NCBI GenBank assembly: GCA_905178155.1
Contig: CAJINV010000005.1
Coordinates: 1,924,054-1,988,053, forward strand
Reading direction: 5' to 3'
DNA: 64,000 nucleotides
Origin: Amoebophrya sp. A120
Taxonomy: Eukaryota; Protista; Dinoflagellata
A program made the translations under genes and the position numbers. Below the pieces are notes generated by a model. That model was not told the DNA's origin. It did not search any database and saw only the letters and a list, made by a program, of their open reading frames with translations. This document shows positions 1-12,101 of this stretch, one piece after another; within the stretch, counting starts at the first letter, position 1; the number at the start of each line of letters is the position of its first letter.

Positions 1-942
1 CATAGGAAATAACTAAATTGCTGAAGAAGTAGTGCAGCAACGCGATGGTGACACTCAGGGACACGATCGGCACGCGATGGCAAACTGAGTTTTTGAAAAG
101 ATTTTTCTCTATCAATTTCGATCAACTTATGTTCTTCAGGTACAACAGGTTCTTCATTTTTCCGAGTGTAATTGTAAAACGCGAAGAACCTCTTATGTAT
201 TTCATTCAACAAGAAAATCAAAACTATGCGGACTCGGACTCCTCCCTGTTCTTGAGAGGATATATACAGATCAGTATTTACAATTACAGTCACACCTCCC
301 TTGCAGTTTCCATCAAATCACGTTGACAAGAAATTCTTTACCTTCATCCCCCCAGGTCTTTGGTCTCGCTCCGGCGGACTGTGTGGAATACTGGCTGCTC
401 AGCTGGTCCGCTGCGGTCGTGCTGCCGTTCCCCGTTTCTTCGGCCGAGGAGGCCGACGAGGCGGAGGAAGAGGCGGAGGTTGGCACCTCCGTCGTCCGCC
501 CGGAAATCGTCCCATTCTTTTTTGTCGAAAACAAACCTCCGCGATTCACGTCGCTGTTCTCTTCACTACTCGCATCATCTTCCTCCGAAGAGGAATCCAC
601 TTCCGAGTCCGTCTCCACGTGCTGCGCGGACCCGAGGTCCTCCTCCTCGGATCGATCTTCTTCGGAACTAAGGTCGTCGTTGTCCCCGTGATATTCATGC
701 TCCGCGATCGGCGACCGCTTCTCCAGCGGCGTGTCCGGCTTCATCTTCATCAAGGGCTGCTGCTGGTGTGCGGCCTGTGTGGGGACAGGTGCTGAGGAAG
801 AATGAAGATCTTCCGCCTGTGCAAGCACAGATGTTCCCTCTGTAGTGCCTTCTTCCCATTGCTCACTCGGGGGGGCGGCAGAAGAACCTGCGCCGGTTTT
901 CTTCTTACCCTTACCTTTACCTCCGCGATTGTTCCGACCCAT
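1..942 (-). CDS. Hypothetical protein, 5' part (basic N-terminus, acidic/Ser-rich region); probably continues via introns past the window start
   Basis: ORF 313..942 (MGRNNRGGKGKGKKK...). A hydrophobic minus-strand segment at about 1-86 suggests a further exon. Confidence 0.55.
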
Positions 943-1789
943 GATCTGATGGTCAAGGTACGACGAAGCTTGAAAGAAGTAAAATTGTTGTTTCTTTGTG
1001 ATAGACTTTTAGACGGTGATTGTTCTTGTTGTGTTATAGAGCGGGAAGGTGCAGGAGCCAGGTAGTATTTCTTCACCAACTAAATTTAACTGCTGGATAG
1101 AAGCAAAAATTAAAATCTTTTGAACTTAATTCTTTTATTAAACACGAAGAGTGTCCCGGCTTCGATGAAACCTTTGCTTCTACTGAAGCACCTCCATGGC
1201 GACCCGCCCTCAAGAACCGATATAATTAACGAGTTCAGTTTGATGCACGACGGACGAGCTTTTTTCGAACGATTTTCTTGAAACTTATGTGGACGACTTT
1301 TCGTATTCCGACCTCCCGCGAGACCAAAATAAGAATTCTTGCACGAATACGAAAGCACGAAAAAACCGACAGTATTTTTTCAGTTTTGAAGCTGCTTTAC
1401 GTTGCTTGTTGTCTCTGTATGACTAGGACCGAAACATCAAATAGAAGGAGCGACAATGCGAGGACGGGAAGGAATTTTATTTCTATTTGTATTTTGCAAC
1501 AGCACGTCTATGTTTCTGCTTCCGCAAGTCTTGCTTTCACACATAAGCGAAAAGTTGTACGAACCGATGAAGAGGCGAATGATGAGAAGCAGAAGAACAA
1601 AGACTACTGCTGTAGTTCCTCCGACACTCTGTTTCTACGATGACGGTAAAGCAGTGCAGTCAGCAGCTTGAAGAAGGTCCTCTGTTGTTTTTATTTAAGA
1701 CAGGACTTTTGATGATTCTTTCATTTTACACGAGGTTTTTTCAATTATTTTCTCGGAAGCAGTTCCTGACTTATCGATACTAACTCATT

Positions 1790-4050
1790 TCAATCGGATT
1801 CATCTTCATCACGTTCATCGACCGGCTCGCGATCATCCTTATCGCGGGGAAACAATTGGTGTGGACGAGGACGTATCCACTGCAAACGTGTCTGGGTCTC
1901 CTGGAAGAGTGCCCCTGTTTGTCTGGGTCTGGATGTATGCCCCCGCATCATCACAGATCATTTTCTGAATGGTTCTTGATGCCTAGTATCCCACAACATG
2001 AGAAGTGCGCTCTCCGCGTAGCAAAAAGTAGTGGGCTCCACTGACTGCAGCTCAGGCAGTACAGCTCATTTTTTCAGAATCAAAAAGCAGTGTCACAACA
2101 AGTTGCATTGTTCCAGAGGACCCAAACACCACCAGTATTTGCAATGCATAGGACGAATCGCTGTTGTGCGCTGAAATTCCACCGCTTTCCGCGGATGAGC
2201 GTGGGCCTGGCCCAAAGGTCGCCTATGGAGCTCTCCAAGAACGTTACATCGTTCAAAGCTGTGGCTGTGCCCACGTGAACAATTATTTCTGATGCAATAG
2301 TTAAATAAATGAGGAGCTTGTTGGGCCGGAAGGCGAAGGCCGAAGGGCCTCTCGCCTTACAAATTCGACATGTGATTTCCATGTTGTCTAGCCGCGCTTC
2401 GAGAATTTCTTGTACAACAACCTCCAGCTTGATCGTGTGGAGGCTGCAAGCAGGTAATTTTGCTGCATGACCAACAATTGCAATTATCATGTAAGAACAC
2501 ACAATAGAAGTGTAGTAACGTTTGAGAGCAGTCCCATACCGCCTGTGTCGCCAGTTTTTTCTTCATGGACTGCATTTTCATCCTGTTCTGCGGGGAAAGT
2601 TCCAGCTGCGTTGGTGCAGCAGCTGCGCCGCTATTTTCTGGGACGTCGTGGTCGCGCAAGGTTGTACTATTAGTATCCAGCGGGGGAAGCAGTACCGCTC
2701 CTGTACTACCAGCCTCGTTCTCCGTCATCCCTGTGCGCACCCGAGACGTGAGCTCGGCCAAGTGCGAGACCGAAACTGGGTTATTCGCCCGACGCTCCTC
2801 CGGAAGTTGTCCAGGTTGTAATACTAGTAGGGGAGCACCAGGCGAATCGTCCGTCGCCCGCGGGTCTCCTGCCATTCGCGGCGAGGTGGTTGTGGACGAT
2901 GATCCCTGTAGTCGTTGCACAACTTGTGCTCCTGGTCCAAGCAACGCCAGCAAGGAATCTTGTTCCTCGTCTGCCCCCTCGTTGATATTTTTACCCACGA
3001 CGTCGTTGCTGGTCCTGGTCATGATGACACCGAGCGCTTCCTCCACTGCATTATTCTTCGAAGTAGTAGAGGACCCTGCAGACGCCGCGCCAGCGCTTGT
3101 TGCCCTCATCTTGTGGTCCTGGAGGATGCCCTGCAGAAAACTCAGGTTGGGTGACGCGTCCGTAGGAGTAGGACCACGACCGGCCACGACCCTGTCCAGA
3201 GTGCTTCTGGGAACCGCCCGCCGCAGTGGTCCTCCTGTCGAGGACGACATCGAGAGAGTGCTTCTCCTCGTCCCACCGCGCGCCGTCCGCTCGCACTCTA
3301 TCTCCTCCTCCGTTGGTGCCCAGGGACTTCTGACAACTACATTGTTGGATACATTCATCTGACGCGATTTATTGTAACTAGAAGTCCCCATACTGGTCGA
3401 CGAGGAGCTGCTTGTTCCGAGTCCTCGTGGTCGTAGCTGCCCGGTTTTAGCATCGAGCAGTAGCTCCGGATCATTTGACGTTCCTCCGCGGTAGTTGTCC
3501 ACTTTATTGCCTTTATCCCCCGATAGCAACCGACCGCCCACCCCCCGCGCCCGCAGCTGCTGCCCCTCGGTCGTGTGGTCTGCTGGAGCTACATTGGAAG
3601 AAGCAGCCGAACCCCCGCTACGGGTCATAATTCCAGTTGCACCACTATCTCCAGCCGCCACCGTGCCCGGATCTTGTTGTTGCGCCCGGTCGACTACGCA
3701 TTGCAAATATGATGTCTGGGTCCAGAATAAACTTGTGACGCAAGGTGGAAGGGAATACTTAGTGAGCACACTGTAATGCGCTGCCAAGCATGACAAGTTT
3801 TTCCATGGTTCTGAGTTGCGCACTCCGCATGAAAAATTCCGTTTTTGCATGTTGACAGGCAGGAGGAGCTCTTTGCGGTGACGCAACACAGAGTTCAGAC
3901 TCAAAGTCATGCCAGACCAGCATGACACATCTCGCATCAACTTCCCAGACCCAGACATATTTGCATTTGATATCGACAACCAAGGGTTGCCGATTCAGAT
4001 CGAGTCTACTGTTTGCCACTTGTTCTAGCGTCTCCTGCTCCAATAACTGA
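1790..4050 (-). CDS. Hypothetical low-complexity protein, interrupted by 2 introners; boundaries approximate
   Basis: ORF 2357..3979 joins the upstream frame (LEQETLEQ...PLVVD|RAQQQDPG) when element 3695-3972 plus one TSD is removed. Confidence 0.5.
1874..2150. mobile_element. Introner family A' (TIR MITE-like intron)
   Basis: TATCCACTGCAAA...TTTGCAATGCATA; TSD GGACG/GGACG. Confidence 0.85.
3695..3972. mobile_element. Introner family A'
   Basis: Imperfect TIR with TCTGGGTC/GACCCAGA core; TSD TCGAC/TCGAC. Confidence 0.85.
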
Positions 4051-4241
4051 CAGAATTTCAGTTTCGTTTCTTCATGAGAAGATCATGATGATGTTGGGCC
4101 ACTTATACTAAAATTGGATTCATTTTCTTCTTCACAGTACTATTGAAGATGGATAATTCTCTCCAAGACGAAGACGCTTCCGTTCTGCGACGATGCACGA
4201 CGAGATTTTTATGACTAAAAAATATGAAAATTTCAATTTAC

Positions 4242-7200
4242 TCAGGGGCCCAATTCCAACATCTTAAATATTTTTACCAGCATCACTACATATTCATTAC
4301 AATTATACCTGCTGCATAAGATCCTTGGGCTGCAGCAGAATTGACACGAGGTATCCAAGGAGGGAAGCGGCCAAAATTGCTGCGCTAAGGACGTACTGCG
4401 TATTCATGCCCGCGGGTAACATGTCTATCGCGACAGCGGCGGAGGCAAGCGGACATCGGGAGAACGCGGCAAGCATCGCGGCCATGCCTATCGTATGCAT
4501 TGCAAATATGTCTGGGTCAAGGAGAACACAAACTTCTAATGCGGATTTCAGACGACACACAAATCTGTCAGTCACGGACAGAAACAAAGGGTTGCCCGCG
4601 TCTCGTCACCGAAAGCGGAAATTTGTCATGCTTAACTAACAGACTGCGCTACCGAGCCCGGGGGTAGGGTCCTCCGAGGGGTGCACTGAGCACTGTCCGG
4701 AACACCGGAAAATGCCCCGCGGCTGGCACAGGACCAGCAACACAACTAGCTCTCGTTGATCTCATTTTGTACAGAAATTTGTCATGCGGATTAGGCATTG
4801 AGAAACCTTCTGATCAAAAGCTGCGACGCTGGAGCTTGCATGCCAAGCCTTCTCGGTCAGGAAAAAAACGGCATACCAAACTCTTGTATTCATCCAGACC
4901 CGGATCGATATTTGCATTTGATATATCGGTGCGAAAAACCGCTCCAGGCCGAGCGACGGGCGCACCAGAGGATTGTTGTTCGACGGCGCGACCAGCGGGA
5001 TGTAACCGCCAAGCCCGATGCGCTCTAGCACGCTGCCGTATATTATGCCGCCCGACGTCCCGATCACGATCAACTCCCCAAGCGCGCCGCCCACACCGTT
5101 GGCGGCCGTCGACAGCGCCAGCAACACGCCCTTACCCATCATGAACACTTATGCCGATTGCAAATTTAATATCGCTCTGGGTCTGGAAAGTTGCGGTCGT
5201 GCGATCGTGCAACTCCAACCGCTCAGTGATGAATAATAAGCACACTGGAATGGTGCGCCGCCAAGCATGACAGGTTCTTTTGTGGCTCGGTATTACGTAT
5301 TCCGCCTCAGAGCCTGCATTTTTGCAAAACAGACAAGTAGAAGAACTCGTATTTAATAGTGGCTACGCAATACAGAGCTCGTTTCTATGCCTGAACCTCA
5401 CTAGTCGATGACAAATCTCGCAATATTCCTGACCCAGATCGATATTTCTTGTATTTGATAACACAAAAGCAGACAGGACCGCGGCGCCTTCCCTCGTCAC
5501 CTCACACTGCAGCATCCGCAGATGCGTAGTCGCGAGTCGGTTGCCTTCAAGCGGAAAGCCTCCTGTGCAACCCAACCGCTCCCAGCCGCTGTGGTCACGG
5601 GACGAACTGCGTCCCGCACCAGGCACGACCGAGAGGCCGGCGGAGTGGTGCGCAGCCGAGTGGTGCGGGCCTAAGGTCCGCGTGTCGGTCAGCATCCAGA
5701 TCGCCGGCGTCAGCAGCGCGGTCACGGAACTAACCACGATCGCGCGTCGCACTGCGCTCATGTCCGCAAACAGGTGTACCGAAATCACCGTGCCCTGGAT
5801 CAGGAACACGGCTCCCAGGGCGGCAGAAAGGGCGAGCGGCAAAACCAGTAACAGCCACGGCCCCACCTCGGGCCGCAAGTCCGGCATCATGTGCGCGCCG
5901 ACACCGTCGCGACGGCCTCCTGAGCAAAAACGTCTCGTTCCCACGTCGAGGATCCCAGATTTTTCTACGCAAATCTTTTTTTTCTGATTATGCCCCTCGT
6001 TTCTTCGTTATGAATTCATCACTTTGCTATTAAGCTAGAAGACCGGTGTGCGATGCTTAGCATGTAAACTTGTCAGCTTGTCATGCAACTTTGCGCGGTC
6101 GCGCGGCTTTTGCTTTTCTTCAGATGAGGCATTCATTTTCTAGCGGAGTTTGCGCTAAAGCAGAATGATACATGCGCTAAACCAGAATGATACAGTGGAT
6201 TTGTGCCGCATCTATAATACGTAAGTAGGCACGACACACGACAGCTACACACCGAAAAAACTTGTCATGCGTGAGTCCCAAAATAAGTTCTGGACCACTT
6301 GCCTTGCAAAATTCCCATTTTGGCTCTGAGGTCTTTCTGTTCTGGAAAACATCAACTCAAACCCGCACATCAGAGGAACTAACTTCAATCTTTGACAAAA
6401 GGAAGAGAGAAGGACACATCCTCGTGGTCCTGGGGTGGGCGACGCCACGTTTTTGCACAAGATATGCGAAAAGCCATGTGAAGCACCGTCGGGTCGTTCG
6501 CAAATTGCTGCCCAGCTGCTTCATTAGTACTACCCAACTGCAGCACCTTTCCTGAGGATCCAGCTGCGAAGGCGTTCGCGCCGAGGGCGGTGCCTCCCCG
6601 CAGGCTCGGCGTCGGGTGCCCCGGGATATGAAAGTGCACAACTCCCCCTCCCCCTCATTTGTAATGCAAAATCCCAAATGCAGCTGCGGCCTTGTAGCAC
6701 TGTTTGCTTGACAAATCCTGGAAGCCCAAACAGCACTACACTCCAGTGCAAATTTGTCATGCAAAACCGGCATTCTTGCTGATGCTTGTATTGTCGTTCA
6801 TGCCATACAAATGAGGGGGAGGGGGAGTTGTGCACTGTCACACGGGAAACGTGACGGTGAGAAGACACCTGCGAACTTGGTCTGGAAAATCTGGAGCAAC
6901 CCGGGGAGTCTGTTGAGAAAGAGCGCGCATATCCTCTAGAAAAACACAGCCATAGCTACAGTAGATAAGTTAAAAGTGGTAAAATCAAAATAGGAACCCT
7001 AAACTAAACCCTTTTAAACCCTGGAACCCTTCTGCGGCGGCTGGGTCGATGGAGGGAAGAAGTCACGACGGTTTGCAGGTGGAGGATCCGGATACGCGTA
7101 ACATGTGATGGTCCTAAATGTGGGTGGTCTACCACCAAACCTAATCCTAAACCCCGAACCCGATCCCCGAAAGAAAAACTGCTTGGTGCCAGTAGGGCCC

Positions 7201-10200
7201 GAGGAAAAAGGAAGAGCACAACAGAGAAAGCGAACTATGAAGCCGTTTGTAAAAAAGCGCTATCAAAAGCCTTTTGCTCTGATCCTTCCAGGCGTGCACT
7301 CCCTTCTGGTTCTAAAGGTTCAGCAGTGCTGAGAGTACTCCGACCCTAAACCTAAAAGATAAGTTAAATAAAAGTGGTAAAAAAGATATAATAGTGTAAA
7401 TTCGCGTGGGGGCTGATTTTGTGGCAGAACAAGAACCTTGTAGTCTGTCATGCCGGTCAGCAACGAAAATAACCTGAAACGCAAAACACAAACCATATAA
7501 GTATCTATAATGCTGAACAGGTGTCAGAGAGGTTGTTGTACCAGGCAGATGTGATGCTGAACAGACAAAACCGCTCTCTTCTCAGATAAAAAACCGCATC
7601 ACGACGTGCTCTAGTGACAAGACCGCACTACAGAGTAGACAGGAACGATGTAGTAATAGTACGTTTTTATTTACTTGAATATGGATGTATTTTTCTGTAG
7701 CATAGAAAAGAACCAGCGGGCGCTGGTCACGCTCACGATCGCGTATCGAGCTATGAAAAAGTATTCGTAGATTCGATCGTGCGGTGCAAATCGGTGCAGT
7801 CTGGCATGAAAGCTGCGCTTTTGTAGTAGTAGTTTTCTACCTGAACATCATGCATGATATCAAGTTCGATTTTTTTCCCCATATTTTTGGGGACAAAATT
7901 GCAATAGAATTGCTATGCGATTTCCACTGCGTCTAGTACGATACTTTTGCATATCATGCATATCGCGCTACAAGCGACAAGCGGAACCAGTATGTTCGAT
8001 ACCCCGAGAAAGAACCGGTACTCTTCGATAGCGAACAGCAACCCACCAAATGGAGAATTGAAGGCACAGGCGAAACCGGCAACGGACCCAAGCAGGACGA
8101 CAAGCCCGGTAGGGCCCGCTTTGTCGGGAAAGTATCCTGAGTAAAAACGTACCCACGCCAGAGTTAGGATGAGGATTTTGCAACACAAACCTAGGAGTTT
8201 TGTGAGTCACGCATGACAAGTTGCGCTCTGCAGTGTAGTGCAGGTTAGCAAAGGGAGCCGCGTCACAAATCCAGCTGCTCATCCTGTTCACAGCATCACA
8301 AATACAAATTCCAAAACACGATTGGAAATGGCTCTCATGGGGATGCGCATTACAAGTCTTCCTGTCTTTGCAAATCTGCATTACAACTCTGGTGTGGGGA
8401 GGTTTTTACTCAGGATAGAAAGATACGCGTCCCCGCGGTTTTCTGTGCGAGTTCGTACACCTTCGACGCCACCGCGCCGCCAATGTGCAAAAAAGGGTAT
8501 CAAGAGGAAAAATCTCTCCTCCCCTTAATCTCGAAAACAAGATTTGTGCTGCTGTATTTTTTTTTCTAAACTCTTCGCGCTTGGCTATTCCGTTGGTTTT
8601 CTTTCTGTGCTGTCTTTGCGTACACAATAAATCTTCGACTTGTATTCCGAGAAGGCAAAGAGGCGCAGCTGTGGCCTCCTTTTCAGGCAATTTGTCATGC
8701 TGCTTCCCACTTCCAGCCGCCTCCTGTCATGCTGAAGATGCACGGCTTTCCCACACAGCATAGCACTACAGTCCGCATCTTTTTCCTTCTAGCATGACAA
8801 AGCTGATTTGTGGCCACAAATCTGCATCACAGATTTCCGTTTTGATATGGGGAGGGGAATTTTTCTTCTTGATAAAGGGGTCCGGATCTCCAATGCGTGG
8901 CCCGACCCCACGTAGAGCAACGTGAGAACAAATCTTGCCGCGCCCACGCGAGCGGGCACCCGTTCGCCAAACGCCACACAGGTCCGGGTCTGGAACATAC
9001 CTGCTCCACCGGCCGCCGGCACCAGGCGGGACACAACCAGAGCCACCACCACGCCGCCCAGAACGAGTACCCCCGAATTATGCATTTTTGCAAAGTATAT
9101 CGACCTCGGTCTGGCCCGTTGTGCTTGTGAAGATGATGAACTTTCCTTCTACACGGTATCAGCCATAATTCCGACTCGACTGGGCAGCCAGGGAGGGGAC
9201 GAATAGCGTTTCTGCATGACAAACAGGAAACTCTATTCCATATATGCAGATAGAGCATTTCTAAGTCTGGCAACCTTTGAGAGGATCCAGATCGTCGATT
9301 TTATTAATTTGCAAGGCATACGAATGGAGCGAATGCCATTTCACGGACCCCACGCCGACGTCGCTGAAAAACCACTCCGGACACGGACGATAAGTCGTGA
9401 CCAATATGTCCGCGATCGCGTACTATCCGAGTGCACAACTCCCCCTCCCCATCATTTTCATTTGTATAGCTATAGCATGGACAGTAAAAATACAAACACC
9501 AACACACATGCGGAGCCTACGCATGACATCAAATTTGCGCACCTAATGAATGTAGTAAGTACTGTTTGGACTACTACTTCCGGAATTTGTGAACATGCAA
9601 ACAGCGCCACAGGGCCGCGACCGGATAGGATACTGATTTGGGATTTTGCATGACAAATGAGGGGAAGAGGGACCGCGAGTTGTGCACTTTCATACGTACA
9701 GCAGCCCGATCAGAACGCCAATCAGTGTCGCCGCTCCCGCCCAACAAATCATCGAGCTCATGCGTTCACTCATTTGCACCGTGTTATCATCGGCCAGCGC
9801 TTGCACGAAGGCGGCCGTTCCTTTATCAGTGCTGCTAGCAGAAGTCCTATGATCCGCTGTGGTCCTCTCGCTGGTCGTGGTGACGACCCGCTGGTGGTCC
9901 GGCGACGCCATCTATCACGAAAAAAAAGTGTTACAGTTACACATTGTGTTGCAGGCCCAGCATGACAGACAACGTCTGTCATGCCAGAAATGCTTTCGAG
10001 CCTCATTTCATACGTGTTTCTCTTTCTGTTTTAGTTTTCCCTTATGATAATTTGCATTACAAGTTTTTTCCCTCATGCGGAGAAAATTTGCGTTGCTGCA
10101 TCGACAGCAAACGTGTAAGAACTGTAACACTTTTTTCTCGTGATACCATCCTCGCCGATGTCAGATGGTGTTGATCAAGGACACTTAGTACAACTTTATT

Positions 10201-10700
10201 TGATGGTCTTGCTACTTCAACCGAAACACGAGGTGTAGAATCGATGCTGTTCCTCTCAGTGAAGATGTAGTCGAAGATGCTGTTCCTTTTGGCACTGGCA
10301 GCGTGCTCCTGCTCCGACTTCTGCTCCTGCCTGCTACTCCACCTCTTCTACCAGCCCGAAGAGGAACTTACCACAACGCGCCCAGTTTTTGACGGCGCCG
10401 TGGCTAGTGGTCAACTTCATCTTGCATCAGGGGCCGCGCGGCTGTTTCCGTCCAGCGCGGGCGCTACAACTACCGGGATGAGGTTCTTTTTTCGGACTTG
10501 GGTCTACTCGCCCAGATTCCAATTAGAGCCAACAGGTGTGGTTTTCGTTTATCTGGATCGCATCAGATACCAGATATCAACGACGTAGTTCGTGACCTCA
10601 TTCTAGCACTCGACCAACCGGAACGTGGTCATCTTCAAGGAAAAATATTTATATTACAACTGATCACGATGATGATGTCCTTGCAATATGCAATCGTCCT
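4242..10700 (-). CDS. CLC-family chloride channel/transporter homolog with divergent ion-binding motifs; multi-exon, 5' end approximate
   Basis: Reconstructed peptides PAAGGAGMF, GSGHALEIRTPFLHIGGAVA, GSVAGFACAFNSPFGGLLFAIEE and GMAAMLAAFSRCPLASAAVAIDM match CLC helices. The frame is continuous across introners 9913, 9424, 9079, 8498 and 8133. Confidence 0.85.
4494..4923. mobile_element. Introner family A' with nested 142-bp insertion
   Basis: TSD TATCG/TATCG; internal 14-bp direct repeat at 4618-4631 and 4774-4787. Confidence 0.8.
5150..5460. mobile_element. Degenerate introner family A'
   Basis: TCTGGGTC/GACCCAGA cores; TSD ACACT/ACACA. Confidence 0.65.
6627..6842. mobile_element. Introner family F
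   Basis: TIR AGTGCACAACTCCCCCTCCCCCTCATTTGTA; TSD CGGGA/CGGGA. Confidence 0.85.
6963..7382. repeat. Intronic unit flanked by imperfect direct repeats, containing degenerate CCCTAAA telomere-like motifs
   Basis: AGATAAGTT(AAAT)AAAAGTGGTAAAA at 6963 and 7357; CCCTAAA-like runs at about 6995-7030, 7137-7160 and 7344-7357. Confidence 0.5.
8133..8417. mobile_element. Introner family B
   Basis: TIR TATCCTGAGTAAAAAC; TSD GAAAG/GAAAG. Confidence 0.92.
8498..8874. mobile_element. Introner family C
   Basis: TIR TATCAAGAGGAAAAAT..CTCCCC; TSD AAGGG/AAGGG. Confidence 0.88.
9079..9320. mobile_element. Degenerate introner family A'
   Basis: TATGC...GCATA; TSD CGAAT/CGAAT; removal restores the CLC frame. 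Confidence 0.8.
9424..9694. mobile_element. Introner family F
   Basis: GTGCACAACTC/GAGTTGTGCAC inverted repeat; TSD CGTAC/CGTAC. Confidence 0.85.
9913..10145. mobile_element. Introner family D
   Basis: TIR TATCACGA.AAAAAAGTGTTACAGTT; TSD CCATC/CCATC. Confidence 0.9.
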
Positions 10701-12101
10701 CAACAAACTGTAAACTGTACCAGCATGCTTCGTAGATATACTATTTGCATTTACATTTTTTTACTATATTAAAAATCCAGGGCAGAAAATAACTCCTTTC
10801 GCTCTGTCGAAGTTCTGAAGACACTCCCACACCTCATCTCTCATACTTTGTATTCCACCCCCCGAGCCGACGACAAATCTCGAGGGAGCGACCTGGGCTG
10901 CACGGCCTTGTTTTTTCTTTTGATTCAACGACGATGATTATTTTATTCAACGATGAAAATTTTTCACACAACGAGCGAGGTAACTAGAAACGATCTGTCT
11001 GCACCATACTAGGCTCCTGGACGGCCTTCTACAAACGTATCTTCACCTTCTGGCGCGAACATTTTGCGCTGAACTACTTAACCCGGGTGAAAACGACGAG
11101 CCGTTTCCTGAAGACGAACAGTTTTTGTTGCCCGATGGACGAAACAACTTCATGGGAGCCACGAAACCACCACTCAAGAGCTAGAGCAGGTGCTCGTGCT
11201 GTTTTTAGAGTAGTTACAGTTTGGACTAGAAGTCGATGCGAGAGCTTCATGCGGAAGTGCTAGACTGTTGATGTTGCGAGTCATTCGTTTACTACTCGTC
11301 GGTGGTAAGTTAGTAGCAGAAGCTGTTCTGTTTTCAGAAGGTGCTCTACTTCTCTACTTAGTTGTGCATAGCAAAGTCTGCGAACTCGAAGATTCCGCAG
11401 AAGGTGGCGCTAAAGCTAGAGCTAGACAACTGAAAACGAAAAGAAAATAAAAGTATCAGAGTCAGTGCCAGCTACCTGTACTTTACTTTCCAACTAAGTA
11501 CCGACCACATTGAGAAGATTCTTCCACTTGCGCTACAAGGTGACGACGAAGCATAGAATGTACGAAACAACAGCTAGCAAGGATGATTTTTAAAAAAAGG
11601 AAACAACTGCAACGACGAGGGATCTGATAGAATCCGGTGCTGCTGGTCAAATAAATTTCTAACAGGAGCTGGTGTGGGTAGAATCATACATGATCGATTA
11701 CAGACTTGCAATGGGGGAAAAAGAATCAAAACAAAACTTCTAAATTTTGTACCCTCTCAGAGTGGGAGAAAAAAAAAAATACTGGCTACGTACGGGAGGA
11801 AATGAAAATCTGTTCTTCCTGCAATAGAAATGATGAAATGCTGAGGGAAAAAATGGGCTGAAGGCAGTGTGCTAAAGTGAAAACAACGTGTTCATGCTAT
11901 GTGCAAAGGAAAGAAATGAGTCATACACTGTCATAAAGGAAAACGATTGTGATTGAGTTTCTCTCCCGACAGAGTTCGGAAGCCGCATGGTAGAAACTAC
12001 ACCGTTAAAAAGTAGTGTAGAATTTCCCAAAAAGAAAGAAACACCTATCTGCTGATCACCTAGAAGTACAACAATGTTACCCGTGTACTAGTTTTCATCA
12101 C

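Noticed and set aside
2340-2570. Elf1-like zinc ribbon (KKKLATQ...ITCRICK)
   Set aside because: The first CPFC knuckle and the C-terminal DW motif were not found, and the pieces are in different frames.
6152-6194. 22-bp tandem duplication GCGCTAAA.CAGAATGATACA
   Set aside because: Two copies in a decayed intron; ordinary slippage.
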